A stretch of DNA of 64,000 nt from Malacoraja senta (GCA_038087875.1 JAXLNO010005841.1:3844001-3908000), one strand, 5' to 3'. Positions 11,835 through 24,059 are shown, numbered from the stretch's first letter. Numbers and translations: made by a program. Notes: generated from the letters alone by a model not told the origin.

Positions 11835-12821
11835 CTAAGCCTGGCCGCCCATGCTTGCAGGCGGAATTACTCCATCGTCAGCCAGCAGGGAAGTGTTCCA
11901 TTTGCAACATAATTTGTGTAGCGCATCGCGAAGCTTGCATACACCGAACACGATGACCATGGGATTCAAAACTGCGTAGCAGAAGGCATCGTAAAGATAC
12001 GAAAACTCAAACAACTTCTCCATCATCAATGAACATTGCGATGATTGGGATATGGCACACAACAAAAATATAATTCTCGCAAAGATAAAGGCAAGAAAAA
12101 GCAGATAAAGTGAAACAACCATTGCTATTATGCGCAAGTGATGATCCCCCCTCTTAGGACGTTTAACGTTGGGGGCGAGCTGCTGAGACGATCGCCGATG
12201 TCTCCATAAGACGGAGATGAGGTAAATACAAGAAGTGGACATCCATAGAGAGGGGAGCGCAGTTGCAAGGATTAGGCTCATGTAGATGTTTAATTCTTCA
12301 GTTGCTTCGGGGTTCATTTCCTGCGACCCGTTTGTCCATCCAAAATGATAAGATCCGTTCTGGTAATGGCAGGTTAACGCTGCATTGTCCATGTAGCAAT
12401 CCAACGCTCCCAGAGCGCAGCTGAACAACGCCGTCGCACCGACCCAGAGGAAAACCTTGCCGCTGATCACTTGGGCTAGTTTCCTGGCGTTGGGCCGATG
12501 GACACTAACGATTTTCAGGCAGTAGAAGAAACAGAGGAGAGCGCTGACCCAAAAGCTGAGGGAATGGGAGAGCGCGAGGAAGGACATGGCGACCTTTTGC
12601 TGGATCTCGCAGTAGTTGTGAATGAAGTCCACGACCATTGTGAACACCGCCACGAGGATGGTGGTAACATTGGCGACGGCCAGAGCGCTGACGATGACCT
12701 CCGCGGGAGGCGCGATGACTTGACCCAACCCTCGCCACAAAGTCAGGAGGATGAAGACGTTGGTAATCAATCCGAAAATGCTGAAGAATCCGACAACAGC
12801 TGACTTCACCCACAATTCCAT
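11835..12821 (-). CDS. T2R (bitter taste)-type 7TM receptor, T2R/V1R superfamily, intact single coding exon, 328 aa
   Basis: Seven hydrophobic segments; T2R motifs GLITNVFI (TM1), SLSFWVSALLCFFYCLKI (TM3), LISVLWRH (TM5), IVFGVCKLRDAL (TM7/helix 8); no DRY/NPxxY; acceptor tttatttctacag 4 nt before the ATG. Confidence 0.85.
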   Translation of the reverse strand: MELWVKSAVVGFFSIFGLITNVFILLTLWRGLGQVIAPPAEVIVSALAVANVTTILVAVFTMVVDFIHNYCEIQQKVAMSFLALSHSLSFWVSALLCFFYCLKIVSVHRPNARKLAQVISGKVFLWVGATALFSCALGALDCYMDNAALTCHYQNGSYHFGWTNGSQEMNPEATEELNIYMSLILATALPSLWMSTSCIYLISVLWRHRRSSQQLAPNVKRPKRGDHHLRIIAMVVSLYLLFLAFIFARIIFLLCAISQSSQCSLMMEKLFEFSYLYDAFCYAVLNPMVIVFGVCKLRDALHKLCCKWNTSLLADDGVIPPASMGGQA

Positions 12822-13039
12822 TTTCCTGTAGAAATAAATTTAACCAAGGCTATAATAGATCGTTGCGTGCCCAGAAAATCTCACGTTATTGAAAACCACA
12901 TTGCAAAAACAATTGTGTCTGTTTCAAATATTTGTTAACAGCTCGAAATATTAAGGCTAGCAATATCAAAGTTATAATTCTTGCAGGATTTCGAAATGCG
13001 AAGGACATTTTAATAGCCATAATTTTATGGTTATTACTG

Positions 13040-13500
13040 CGTTCTCACAATGCCTAATGCTAGGTTACATCGTTTAATAGAGTATCGTTGCGCAAATGTC
13101 CCTAAACAAATCCTGTACTCTCAATTGAAGGAAGGTCAGCGAGCCCCCTGCAGGCAAAAGAAACGCTTCAAGGACAACATCAAGAACAGTCTGAAGAAAT
13201 TCCAAACCACATCGAGCAACTGGGAGCACATTGCACTGGACAGGCGCTCCTGTAGGAAATCTGTGCTGGAAGGAGCTGCACGTCATGAAATGGAACTACG
13301 CCGTGTCGCAAAGACAAAGCGACAGCACCGTAAGGACAGAGAGAAGGGGCATCAACGACCACCAACCACCGCCAGTCTCCACTGCCCACGTTGCACCGTG
13401 TGTGGATTGCGGATCGGCCTCTGCAGGCATCTGCAGACCCTCAAGTAGACGACACTATGGAGGGGAGAGGACAGTCATGCTCGTTTAGAATGATCGCCGA
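13040..13500 (+). mobile_element. RTE (BovB-like) LINE 3' end
   Basis: PKQILYSQLKEGQRAPCRQKKRFKDNIKNSLK...W.HIALDRR...CPRCTVCGLRIGLCRH. Confidence 0.88.
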
Positions 13501-15715
13501 TGATGTGCAAGTGTCAATCGAACTGATTGACAATCGCTTTGAAACTGACAACTTTGCTGTAAGGAAACACAGGTGTCAGATTACTGCGCCGCGGTTACAT
13601 GCTGACATTTATCGCAGTGGATTGTTTTTCCTCAAGACAGCTGTTCTTCTGCTTGCCAGTTTCACAAGTAGCTTTTTCGTGGAATTCTCGTTTCCGATCG
13701 AATTCAAGTTTAAACAAATTTAGTCCACAGTATAAAAATAGGAATCTAATTAAAACACAACATGCGGGCTTAAATCAGTGGTTCAGGCTGCAGCTGTGAA
13801 AGTTAAGATTGTAGAAGTGTAAGTAGACAGAAAAGGGAATGGGGGCGGGTGGATTCTGGTAAGGGAGATAGGGACAAAATGCTGGAGTAACTCAGCAGGT
13901 CAGGCAGCAACTTTGGAAATGATAAATATGTGACGTTTGGGGTCGAGATCCTTTTTCATACCCTGGTAAGGGATGTTAATTGGCAGGTGGGTGGAGAAGG
14001 ACAGAGATTAAAATGAGACAAAGGTAGGGAGAGAGGAGGAGCACAATGTGTAGCAGAGAGGGGGGGGTTGGGGACCGTACGTGTGTAATGAGACCGCGTG
14101 GGGGAGGTGGAGGGGTGGGCAGTGGGGGGGGGGTAGGCTTGGGAGGGCAGGATATTTGTAGAATGGTTGCGCATGGGCGACATTGTTCAAACGATTGGGC
14201 TGGAAGAAAACCATGCGCAACCATGCTTTTATCTAGTCTGCGTGTGGCCTCACTCTGGCAATGGAGGTGATCCCTAATTCATCGATAGTGGCGTTACAGA
14301 AATAAGCGTTATAGCATATTCAGGCAGATTTGTACGTGATGGTAGGTCAGAGAGAGTCGTCGAATTTCCCAGAGTCAGCGGGCATAGTTTCAGACTCCTG
14401 CCAAGTCCATCTGGGAAGGCGATTGGGGAGAGATTTAATGACCACGTTTTAATCAGGGGACGTGCATGGTAATATTACCGTTCAGTTTCAGTTCACGTAC
14501 AGTTTAAGTTTAGGGCCATGCGCAGAGAGGTAGAGTAAAAAAGCTTTTCTTGCGTGCTAACCAGTCAGCGGACAGACAATACATGATTACAATCGAGCCT
14601 TTTACAGTGTAAAGATATATAAGAGAATACCATTTAGTGAACGGAAAAGCCAGTGAAGTCCGATCAAAGATAGTCCGAGGGTCAACAACGAAGTAGATAT
14701 AACAGTTCAGGAGTACTCTCCAGTTGCGGTAGGGTGATTCAGTTGCCTGTTAACAGCTGGGAAAAAAACTGTTCCTGAGTCGGGAGGTGTGTGTTTTCAC
14801 GCATCTACACCTTTTGAATTATGGGCGATGGGAGAAGAGGGAGTGACCAGGATGCGACTCGTCCGTGATAATGTTGCCGAGGCAGCGTGAGGTATAGATG
14901 GCGTGAATGTAATGGAGGTTGGTTTGTGCAATGGCCTGGGCTACGTCCAAAATGCTCTGCAATTACCTGCGGTCTTACGTGGAGCTGTTTTTCCCAAGCT
15001 GTAAGGCATCGGGATAAAATGTTTTTTGTTTAATGACACACAAATCTTGGATTTCAGGACATTGAGATCCGGGGACCGTGGTTAAAAATTTGGTACAAGT
15101 ATCAAATATGTTCAAAGGCAGCACAATGTCGCGGCCGGGAGGGCGACTACAACAGAGCGCGGTTCGAACCTGACGCCGGCCACGTTCTTTCCGGAGTTTA
15201 CATGTTCTCCCCGTGACTACGCGGAGATCTTCCGGGTGCTCCTGTTTCCTCCTACATTCCAAAAAGTCCCGCAGTTAATTGGGGTTAATTTGACCTCCAT
15301 AAATTACCACGAGCGTGTGAGCCGAAACGGAATTAGGCCACTCGTCAGAGAAGTTATAGGAAAATGAAGTGGAAGTGATTATTTATATGAGGTTCACTGT
15401 AAGTCACCATGGACACGTTGGACAGAATGGCCTCTTTCCACGTTGTACATTAATATGAATGAAGGGAAGCAAGATGACCACCACATTTTATTTGTTCTTA
15501 TAAAGAAACTAATCGCATCCTTCATGATTGCGTACACTTTTGTAGATCCCCCCTCAGCCTCCGGCGCACCAAATAATAATGTCAAGCCTGCCCAATCTCT
15601 CTCTGTAGCTCAGGCCCGCGGGTCCTGGCAACACTCTCGTAAATCGTCTCTGTAGCCTTTCCAGATTAATACTTAATTGGAATTGATTGTTTTCGCAGAA
15701 CGGCCTTCTGTTTCC

Positions 15716-17395
15716 TATAAAGACTAATAATGGTGATAGACAAAGCAAGCGCCAATAAAATAGATCAATAGATCCATGACGAGATTTCCCATTGTCCCCG
15801 TACGTTCTCCACAACTTCATCCGAACACTTCCACGCGAGCACTCCTTTATTAAAACGTTCAGTTTGACTTCCATGGGATCTAGTTATTTCTCAATTTTCT
15901 GTTTAACTTCCGGACAACGAATGCTGTTCAGTCGAAGTTAATCTATTTCCCCCTACATTTGTGAGACGAACTATCAGCATGACAACATTATTGAAACGAA
16001 AAACGAAGGATTAAGCAGATAATATGAAATGCAATGTTTACCTCAATCTGGAGATTCCCAGTTATTACATTATAAACGATGTGCTTTTCCGCAATCAATC
16101 AATTGAGCCGACTATATTACGGAGGTTAACAGCAGCAGCATTTATATGACGACTTCAAACCTAATACGCACAGTTGCTAAGGAAGCGATAATTTGAATAT
16201 TTCTGGAAGTCGTCATTTGAGCAGTCAAATTATACATGGAGTTGAACCTTGCAGAATATTTGCTTGTTTATGACCGTGATATCGTCTTGTTTACTGAAGC
16301 TGGAATATTTCCTTACACTTCACTGTTGATAGGAAGGGAATGCATTCGTACAATAGTTCCAGGATACATTTTCTTAAACAGGTCTTTATTGATCATCTAT
16401 TTCTTCTTTCGTGTGGCGTGCACAGCCTAAAGTTGTTGGACAACTTGTTCTATTTGATCTTCCGTGTTTGTGCACGTCGAGTTGATTGCATTAGTCGAAA
16501 CAGGGCGGACCACGTGAAGGTTGCAATCTTCCACCCCTTTATTGATCATAAGATCACAGGACATATGAGCGGAATTAGACAATTCGGACCATCGAGTAAA
16601 CTCCGCAATTCGATCATGGCATATCTATTTTTTCCTCGCAACCCCATTCTCAAGCGTTCTCCTCATAATCTTTAATACCCTTACTTTTCAAGAATCTGTC
16701 AAACTCCGTCATAAACATACTGAATTACTTGGCCTCCAGAGCCGTCTGTGGGAAGACATCCCACAGATTCTTCTCCTACTGGCTGAATAAATTCCTCCTC
16801 ATCTCCATTGAAAATATACACAATTTTATTCTGAGGCTGTGGCCTCTAGTCCTCGACTCTCCCGATACTGCAATCATCCTCTCCACGACCACTCTGTCGC
16901 AGCCTTTCTTTATTCGGTACATTTCTATGAGAATCTCCCTCATCCTTCTAAAACTACAGAGAGTTCGGGCACAGAGCCGCCTGTTCGAGTTATCTAGGTA
17001 TTATAGCAATAGACAAATGGAAGCTCAAGATGAAACTGGTAGATTGAATTTAGGTATTCTGGATGGAGGTAAGGCATTTGTAGTTTCAAAAGGCATCGGA
17101 TGAGATTTTAACAACACATTCAATGAAATGACTTACCGTTTCGTTAACTCGCATTCGAATTATCTTTTTTGAAGTTTGGCCATCTGCCCTTCCGTAATGC
17201 TATCATTTGTTTCATATTTCCATTCTATATCGTGCAATAACGAGGCAATTTTTGATGTATACAAATCAATGAGATTGTTCAGACAAATGCTCCTGAATGC
17301 AAGGGATACTTTATGATCCACTTCATCTTTCCTATTACCCTATTGATCTATTTTATTGGCGCTTGCTTTGTCTATCACCATTATTAGTCTTTATA
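15716..17395. mobile_element. 1.68 kb segment bounded by a perfect 56-bp inverted repeat (putative TIR element)
   Basis: 15716-15771 is the exact reverse complement of 17340-17395. Confidence 0.6.
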
Positions 17396-17739
17396 TATAT
17401 AATATTTCCGCCGAAGGTCACATCAGCATTACTGTTTGCTTATTTCAACAGATTAATCTCTTTCCAGTTGTTCATTTGAATTGTTAAGGTGACGTTTACT
17501 CACGACCTTAATTATTTGCATGGGATTGGGCTGTTTATAAAATGTGCTTACTCCGGATATTTGCTCAGAAATTACTGCCAGAATACCAGCAGGTGTGTTT
17601 GAACCATCTGGTTGTCTTCATAAATCTTCATACGGCTGAATTGTCCAAAGTCAGGGATAACCACAACAACTTTGGTTCAATAGTTGAGGGGAGATTCGAG
17701 TCTTGTTAGCTATCGCGTATGGATAAGTTAAGTTAAATC

Positions 17740-18420
17740 TATAAGCCAGCAGGTACCACAGGAAGCGAAGAAAATAAATGGCATGTTGGCCTTCATAGGG
17801 AGAGCATATGAGTATAGGAGCAAGGAGGTTATATTACAGTTGCACAGGGTCCTGGTGCGACCGCACCTGGAGTATTGTGTGCAGTTTTGGTCTCCTCGTT
17901 TGAGGAAGGACATTATTGCTATTGCGGGAGTGCAGCGTACGTTCACCAGGTTAATTCATGGGTGGCGGGACTGACATATGATGAAAGAATGGATGGACAG
18001 AGCTTATATTCACTGGAATTTAGAAGGAGTAGAGAGGATCCTATAGAAACATATAAAATTATTTGGGGATTGAAAGGGCTAGATGCAAGAAAAATGATCG
18101 CGATATTGGGGAAGTCCAGAACCAGGCGTCACAATTTAAGAATAAGGGGAAGGACATTTAGGTCTGAGATGAGGGAAAAAAATTTAGCCAGAGAGTTGTG
18201 AATCTGTGGAAATTCTCCGCCGCAGAAGGCAGAGGAGGCCAATTCAATGGATGTATTCAAGAGAGAGTCGGATATAGCTCTTAGGGCTAACGGAATCAAG
18301 GGATATGGAGAGGAAGCAGGAACGTGGTACTGATTCCTGATGATCAGGCATGGTCATGTTGAATAGCGGAGCTGGCTCGAAGGGACAAATGGCCTATCTC
18401 TGCACCTGTTTTCAATGTTT
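17740..18420 (+). mobile_element. CR1 LINE 3' fragment; similar fragments at about 18970-19990, 24770-25960, 30690-30960, 32330-32930, 33270-33610, 34060-34570(-), 40410-41100, 52540-53150, 54620-55420(-), 60370-61130, 62230-62720
   Basis: LAFIGRAYEYRSKEVILQLHRVLVRPHLEYCVQFWSP motif and the shared gaatggcggtgctggctcgaagggccgaatggcct...(ttctatg) tail. Confidence 0.92.
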
Positions 18421-20869
18421 TTAGCATTAAATATGATAATGTTTAAAAAAAGAATTAAGGGGAAGGGCATTTAGGTCTGAGATGAGGAAAACCTTGAATG
18501 AATCACAAAGAATTAATCAACAGCATCACACTGTTGTTATGTGGCACAGACTGCGTTGCATAAAGTAGCAAGATCAGAAGGCATAGTTTCGGGGGAGTCA
18601 ATGTGCTGCAGCAATTAGAGCTGCTATCTCACAATGTCAGAAACGCTGGTTCGAATCTGATCTTGGTACTGTCTGTGTACAGTTCGAAGTTCTTTCTGTG
18701 ACTGCGTGGTTTTTCTCTGGGTACTGATGGGTGCACGCAAATAAACCTTTTCAATGTACGTCGGTGCACGGATAATAAACTGAACTCAATCTCAAACATC
18801 GCAATTGCAATAATGTAATGACTTAACCTGTTGGTCAAACTGTGAACACCTCTCTATTTTCCATGATGTTCCTTGTATTTCAGCCTGCACCCAACGTTCC
18901 GCACTCTAACCCACGCAGTTCACTTGTTATGCTCATGACAGTTACTGCACTTGAATATAAAATTAGATGTATTGAATGAAGCAGAGGGTGATGGTGGAAA
19001 GTTACCTCTCGGACGGGAGACCTGTAAATAGGTCTGTGTCTCAGGTACAGGTGCTGGGCCCGTTACCGTTAGTCATACATATCAATGATTTAGGGGAGAA
19101 TGTACATGGCAAGATTAGTAAGTTTGCAGGTGGTACAAAAATAGGTGGTATTGCAGCTAGTGGTTTTGATAAACGGCAGCACGATCGATCAGGTGATCAG
19201 GTGGGCCAAGGAAGAGTTGGTGACATTTAATACAGAGCAATGTAAGGTATTGCAAGTCTAACATGAGCAGGGCCGATACAGTGAATAGTAGGGCTGTCGG
19301 GAGTGTTGGAGAATGGAGTGATCTTGGAGTGCAGGTGCATAGTATCTTGAAGGTAGTATCGCAAGGTTTTTCGGCACATTGGCTTTCATCAGTCAAAGTA
19401 TCGAGTATAGATGTTGGGAGATGATGTTGCACTTATATAAGATGTGGGTAATGCCGCATTTACAGTTTATTTTCAGTTCTGGGCACCATGTTATAAGAAA
19501 TGTGCTGTGGAGCTGGAAAGGGTACATAGAAGATTTACGAGAATGATGCCGGGACTCGCGGATCTGAGCTAAAGGGTGAGATTGATTAGGCTGGGCCTCT
19601 ATTCCCTGTAGCGCAGGAGAATGCGGTGTGATATTTCTGAGGTATATAAAATCACGAGAGGACTACTTCGGGTAGATGAACTAACTCTGTTGCCCATAGT
19701 AGGGTAATCGAGGATCAGAGGACAACGGTTTAAGGTGCAGGATGAAAGACTTTGATCGGAATATGGGGGAGCCATTTTCACATAAAGGGTGCCGGGTGCA
19801 TCGATCGAGCTGCCAGATGAGGTAGTTGAGGCAGGGACTATCCCAATGTTTAAGAAACAGCTAGACGGGTACATGGATAAGACAGGTTTAGAGGGATATT
19901 AGCCAAGCGAAGGCAGATGGGATTAGTGTAGCAAGGACATGTTCGCCCGTGTGGGGAAACTAAGACCTAGGGCATGTTTCCACGATGAATGCCTCTATAA
20001 ATCTATGACCTATCTTCTACGTTTGACCCCATCTCCCTAACAAAGCACCAACACTGAATTTCGCACACTCAGCAAAATAGATTTAGCTCCCGCAACCGGG
20101 GACAGTGGAACCCCATGGATCCGCTACTCTTCGTTCAAAACGATGTCCTAAAGAAGTCCAGAGATGGTTATGCAAATGCATCCGACGTGGAATGGAGTTG
20201 ATGTGATTGTTTGATTTGGTTCTTTTCGACAGTCATGAAGTGGAGTTAACGAAACGTTGAGTATTTTCTATTGTAGATGGCGGCTAATAGTTTGGCCATG
20301 CAGAGGTCACGTCACGGGTCCAGTTATTTACGATGATGGATTGACGTGAGTAAACCGAATGTATGAAATCTAACTTCAAAATGTCTAAGTTCTGACGAGA
20401 TCACAAGTTCATAAGGAGGCAAGGGTGTGCGACGATGTAAATATATCTTACTTCAGTCGGCAAAACAACGGGCGGATTACGTGAACTAAGCTGAAGTTAT
20501 CCATTTGTGATGGAAACTACGAAGAGAGAAAGGCTATACTCTCATGCAGTTGATCGCTACAGAAAACATGCCTGGCGTTTGACCTGACTGATTCCCGGAT
20601 GATGAAACTGTCATTCGACGGCACAATCGATTGACGTGCAAATTTGTGGATGCCCAATTGTTTGCAATAAAGAATTTCCTGGCAGTAGGTCACGGAAGTA
20701 TGTGGTTACCCATTCAAGCTTAGAACATTCTTCAGACCATGCCTGTGCAACATCCGAGCAATATCGCCAATTGCTACATTTTATTGGACAAAATCAATGG
20801 TTCAGTGATAGCTTTATTTAGTACCAAGCACACATGTACCTTGTTACAGTGAAATTCCAGAGGTACAGA

Positions 20870-21335
20870 GGATGGAGAAGAAAGGGGAGGGGTGACAGAA
20901 ACTGGGAGAGTGGGTGAAGGTGCCGGAGTTGAAGGGATTACAGAGACGCGGTGATCGGTGTGGGGGGGCTGCGGGGTGGGGGTTACAGAGGCGGGAAGAT
21001 GGGGTGTAGGGGCCGAGGGGAGCGGTGTTACCGAGACGGGGACAGTGGAGTAGGGGCCGGAGGGGAGGAAGTTACAGAGACGGGGGGGGGAGGGGGTGTA
21101 GCGACCGGAGGGGACGGGGTTACCTAGAAGGGGAGAGGGGGTGTAGGGGCCAGAGCGTTGGGGGTTACAGAGACGGGGAGAGGGTGTAGGGGCCGAAGGG
21201 GAGGTGGTTACTGGGACGGTGAGCGGGGGTGTAGGGGAGGGGAGGGCGTTACAGGGACCTGGAGCCGGTGTGACGGGGAGCGGAGGGTGTTACAGAGACG
21301 GGGCGACGGGGTGTAGGAGCCGAAGGGGTGGGGGT
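20870..21335. repeat. G-rich minisatellite (about 35-40 bp, GGGGTTACAGAGACGGGGAGAGGGGGTGTAGGGGCCGGA); also 21840-22020, 26690-27000, 29480-29670, inverted at 27190-27290
   Basis: Repeated gttacagagacgggg and gtgtaggggcc cores. Confidence 0.85.
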
Positions 21336-21433
21336 CACTCTAACTAACTAAATTATACTCATTTTGTTGATAGTTTCCCATTTGTACAGAGAGTGGGAGG
21401 CGGAGACCTGGCGCGGCCGTCGGGGACACGGGC

Positions 21434-21583
21434 TCAGTTTGTCGCGATGGTGCTCTCGATCCAGGAGACGTAGTTGCAGACGCCAGTGTAGACGCCGCGA
21501 TCGCCCCACGCGATACATCCGTAACTCCACGACATCACTGCCTGGAGCACTCTGTTACAAACCTCTGGCCCGCCAGCATTACC
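21434..21583 (-). pseudogene. Trypsinogen-like gene B, last exon (exon 5)
   Basis: cag|[49 protein letters not shown]; 150 bp; GDSGGP altered to GNAGGP. Confidence 0.9.
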
Positions 21584-22144
21584 CTGTCACAAGGGCAGAT
21601 GTGAGTGGAGGTTAATTGGATTCGGTAAAGATTGTAAGTTGTCCCCAGTGTGTGTGTGCGTGTAGGATAGTGCATGTACGAATCGTCTCGACGGCAGCGA
21701 CTCGGTGGGCCGAATGGCCTGTTTCCGCGCTGTATCTCCAAACGAAACCAGTGTGTGAACGGGTGATCGTAGCTCGGCAGCGACTCGGTGGGCCGAATGG
21801 CCCGTTTCCGCGCTCTAGTTGGGGGCGAGGGGGGGGGAGGGAAGGGGAGGTGATGGGAGGTGGTTACAGAGACGGGAGAGAGGGTAAAGGGACCGGAAGG
21901 TAGAGAGTTGAAGAGACGGGCAGCGGCGGTGTAGGGGCCGGAAGGGAGGGGGTTACACATACGGGGAGAGGGGGTGTAGGGGCCGGAGGCGAGCGGTTTA
22001 CATAGACGGTGAAAGGGGTGGGGCGGGAGGGGAGCGCAGGGGACGGGGGGAGAAGAGGGGAGGAGGAGATGTGTGGGGAGGGGAGCGGAGGGGAGGGAGG
22101 GGAGGGGAGGGGAGCGAAGAGGAGGGGGAGCGGGAGGTCTGTAT

Positions 22145-22284
22145 CTGGCAGGGGTGACTGCCTCTGTCGCCGAGGCACAACACTTTGTCAGTAATCCATC
22201 TCTGTCCAGAACCACGACAGTCCGCGTCATTCCGAATCGGAGCGTCAAAGCGCTGACGCTAGTGGCTGCAAAACGATATTCGCC
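22145..22284 (-). pseudogene. Trypsinogen-like gene B, exon 4 (degenerate)
   Basis: FDAPIRNDADCRGSGQRWITDKVLCLGDRGSHPCQ; in-frame TAG upstream; donor is AT rather than GT; 5' boundary uncertain. Confidence 0.8.
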
Positions 22285-23094
22285 CTACTCTCTCTCTCCC
22301 TCTCTCTCACCCCCTCTCTTCCCCTCTATTGTGCCCCTTCCTTCTCTCCCTCTCTCCCTCTTTCCCCCTCTCTCTTCCTCCTCTCTTTCCCTTCTCTATC
22401 CCCTTCTCTCCCGCTTCCATCTCTTCTCCTCACTCCCCTGTTCCACCTCGTCTCTCACCCTCTCTCTCCCCCCCCTCTCCCTCTCCTCGCTCCTTCCTTT
22501 CTACCCACCCACCCCCATCTCTGCCACTCTTCCCCCTCTCATCTTCTCCTTCTACCGCCCTCTCCCAATCGCTCTCTCACTCCCTCCTTCCCACCTCTCG
22601 TCTTCCTCCTGACACTCTCTCTCCCATCCCTATCTCCCTTCCCCTCTCCCCTTTTTTCTGCACTCTCTATCTCTCCACCAACCCCCTCTCCCTCTCGTCC
22701 CTCTCCCTGCCCATCCCTTCATAGCGCTGCGGTGTAAGCTCCCCAGAAAAATATGAGGTGCCGTTCCTCCAATGTGTGCTGGGCCTCACTCTGACAATGG
22801 AGGAGGCCCAGGACAGAAGGTCAAATTGGGAATGAAAGGGGGAGTTGAAGAGCTGAGGGACCGGGAGTCAGGTAGGACTGAGCGGAGGTATTCTTATCGT
22901 ATTAGTTTAATGCTTGAGTTTAGAGTTTGTGTTTTGTTTAAATTAATTTTATTTCATTTGTGTTTCAGTTAAGTTTTGTCTCTGTAATCGCCTCCCCACC
23001 CTATCTTTTCCCCCCTTCCTCCCCTGCCTCCCCAACCTCCCACCACCCTTTCCTCTCCACCCTTCCTCCCTCTCCCCATATTCTCTCGCTAGTC

Positions 23095-23195
23095 ACGCCC
23101 TCCCTCCCTCCCTCCCTCCCTCCGTCCCTCCCTCCCTCCCTCCCTCCCTCCCTCCCTCCCTCCCTCCCTCCGTCCCTCCCAACTTCCCTCCCCGA
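23095..23195. repeat. (CCCT)n microsatellite within long polypyrimidine tracts (22290-23940)
   Basis: Direct reading. Confidence 0.95.
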
Positions 23196-23207
23196 CCTCG
23201 CACAGCG

Positions 23208-23335
23208 GTATACAAGGGCTTGAAAGAGCACAGGTGCGGCCGCTCGCGAAAGGCATCGGCGCCCCGACCCCACACAACCCTTCTGCTCTTCGTCTTCCTC
23301 CGACTCGGACTCCCCCCGGGTTCCAACCTACACCC
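23208..23335 (+). pseudogene. Inverted, decayed copy of trypsinogen promoter/exon 1
   Basis: Aligns to the reverse complement of about 30115-30253 (gtatac..ggct.gaaa.agcac..gtgc.gccgctcgc...gcgccccgacccca); ATG and donor deleted. Confidence 0.8.
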
Positions 23336-24059
23336 TTCACCCCTTTATTTCCCTCCCCGTTTCTCTTCCCCCTTCCTCTGTCTACCCATCCTGTCCCCGG
23401 CCCTCTCCCTCTCCTCCTCTATCACCCTCCTCTCTCTCCCATTCTCTCCCTCCCCTTATCTCCCCCTTCTTTATCTATCCCCACTATTTTTCACCCACTA
23501 TCTCCTCTCCCCCTCTATCTCCCATTGTCTCCCTCTCCCCTTCTCCCTCTACTACCTCCCCTAATCTCTCTACACCTCTTTCTCCCCTCCCCCTCTTTCT
23601 GTCCCCCATCCCTCTCTCCACCTCTTGTCTCAACCCCTCCGCTCCCCCCCTCCTCTCTCACCCTCCCCTCTCCCCTCCTTCTTTCCCCTTTCTCTACCTC
23701 GCTTCTCGCTCTCTTCACCATCCCCGTCTCACCCCCCCCCCCCCGTTGTCAGTGACCTCTTTCCGTCTCTGCAACCCCCTCCTCCCCCGGCCCTTACACT
23801 CCCTCTTCCCGTCTCTGTAATATTCTCCTCTCCCTCTCCTCTCCCCCTCCTCTCACCCTCCTCTCCCCCTCCACTCCCCCTCCCATCCTCTCCTCTCCTC
23901 ACCTCTCCCCTTCCCTCGCCTTCTCCCCCCTCGGTACCCCCTTCAGCGCTGAAACAGGCCTTTCGACCCATCGAGTGGGTATCGAATTTGAGCTCATAGT
24001 TCATAGTTTGAGTTTAGAGTGTGAAGACAAATGTAGGTCCTTCTTCTGTCGTATGTCCT

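Noticed and set aside
20170-20350. Octamer ATGCAAAT and CRE-like motifs suggesting an Ig/TCR V promoter near trypsin genes
   Set aside because: No leader, V segment or paired RSS recognised nearby; short motifs are expected by chance
21535-24004. Many long Pro/Ser/Leu- or Gly/Glu/Arg-rich ORFs (also 29871-30803)
   Set aside because: Translations of low-complexity purine/pyrimidine tracts or read-through of N gaps
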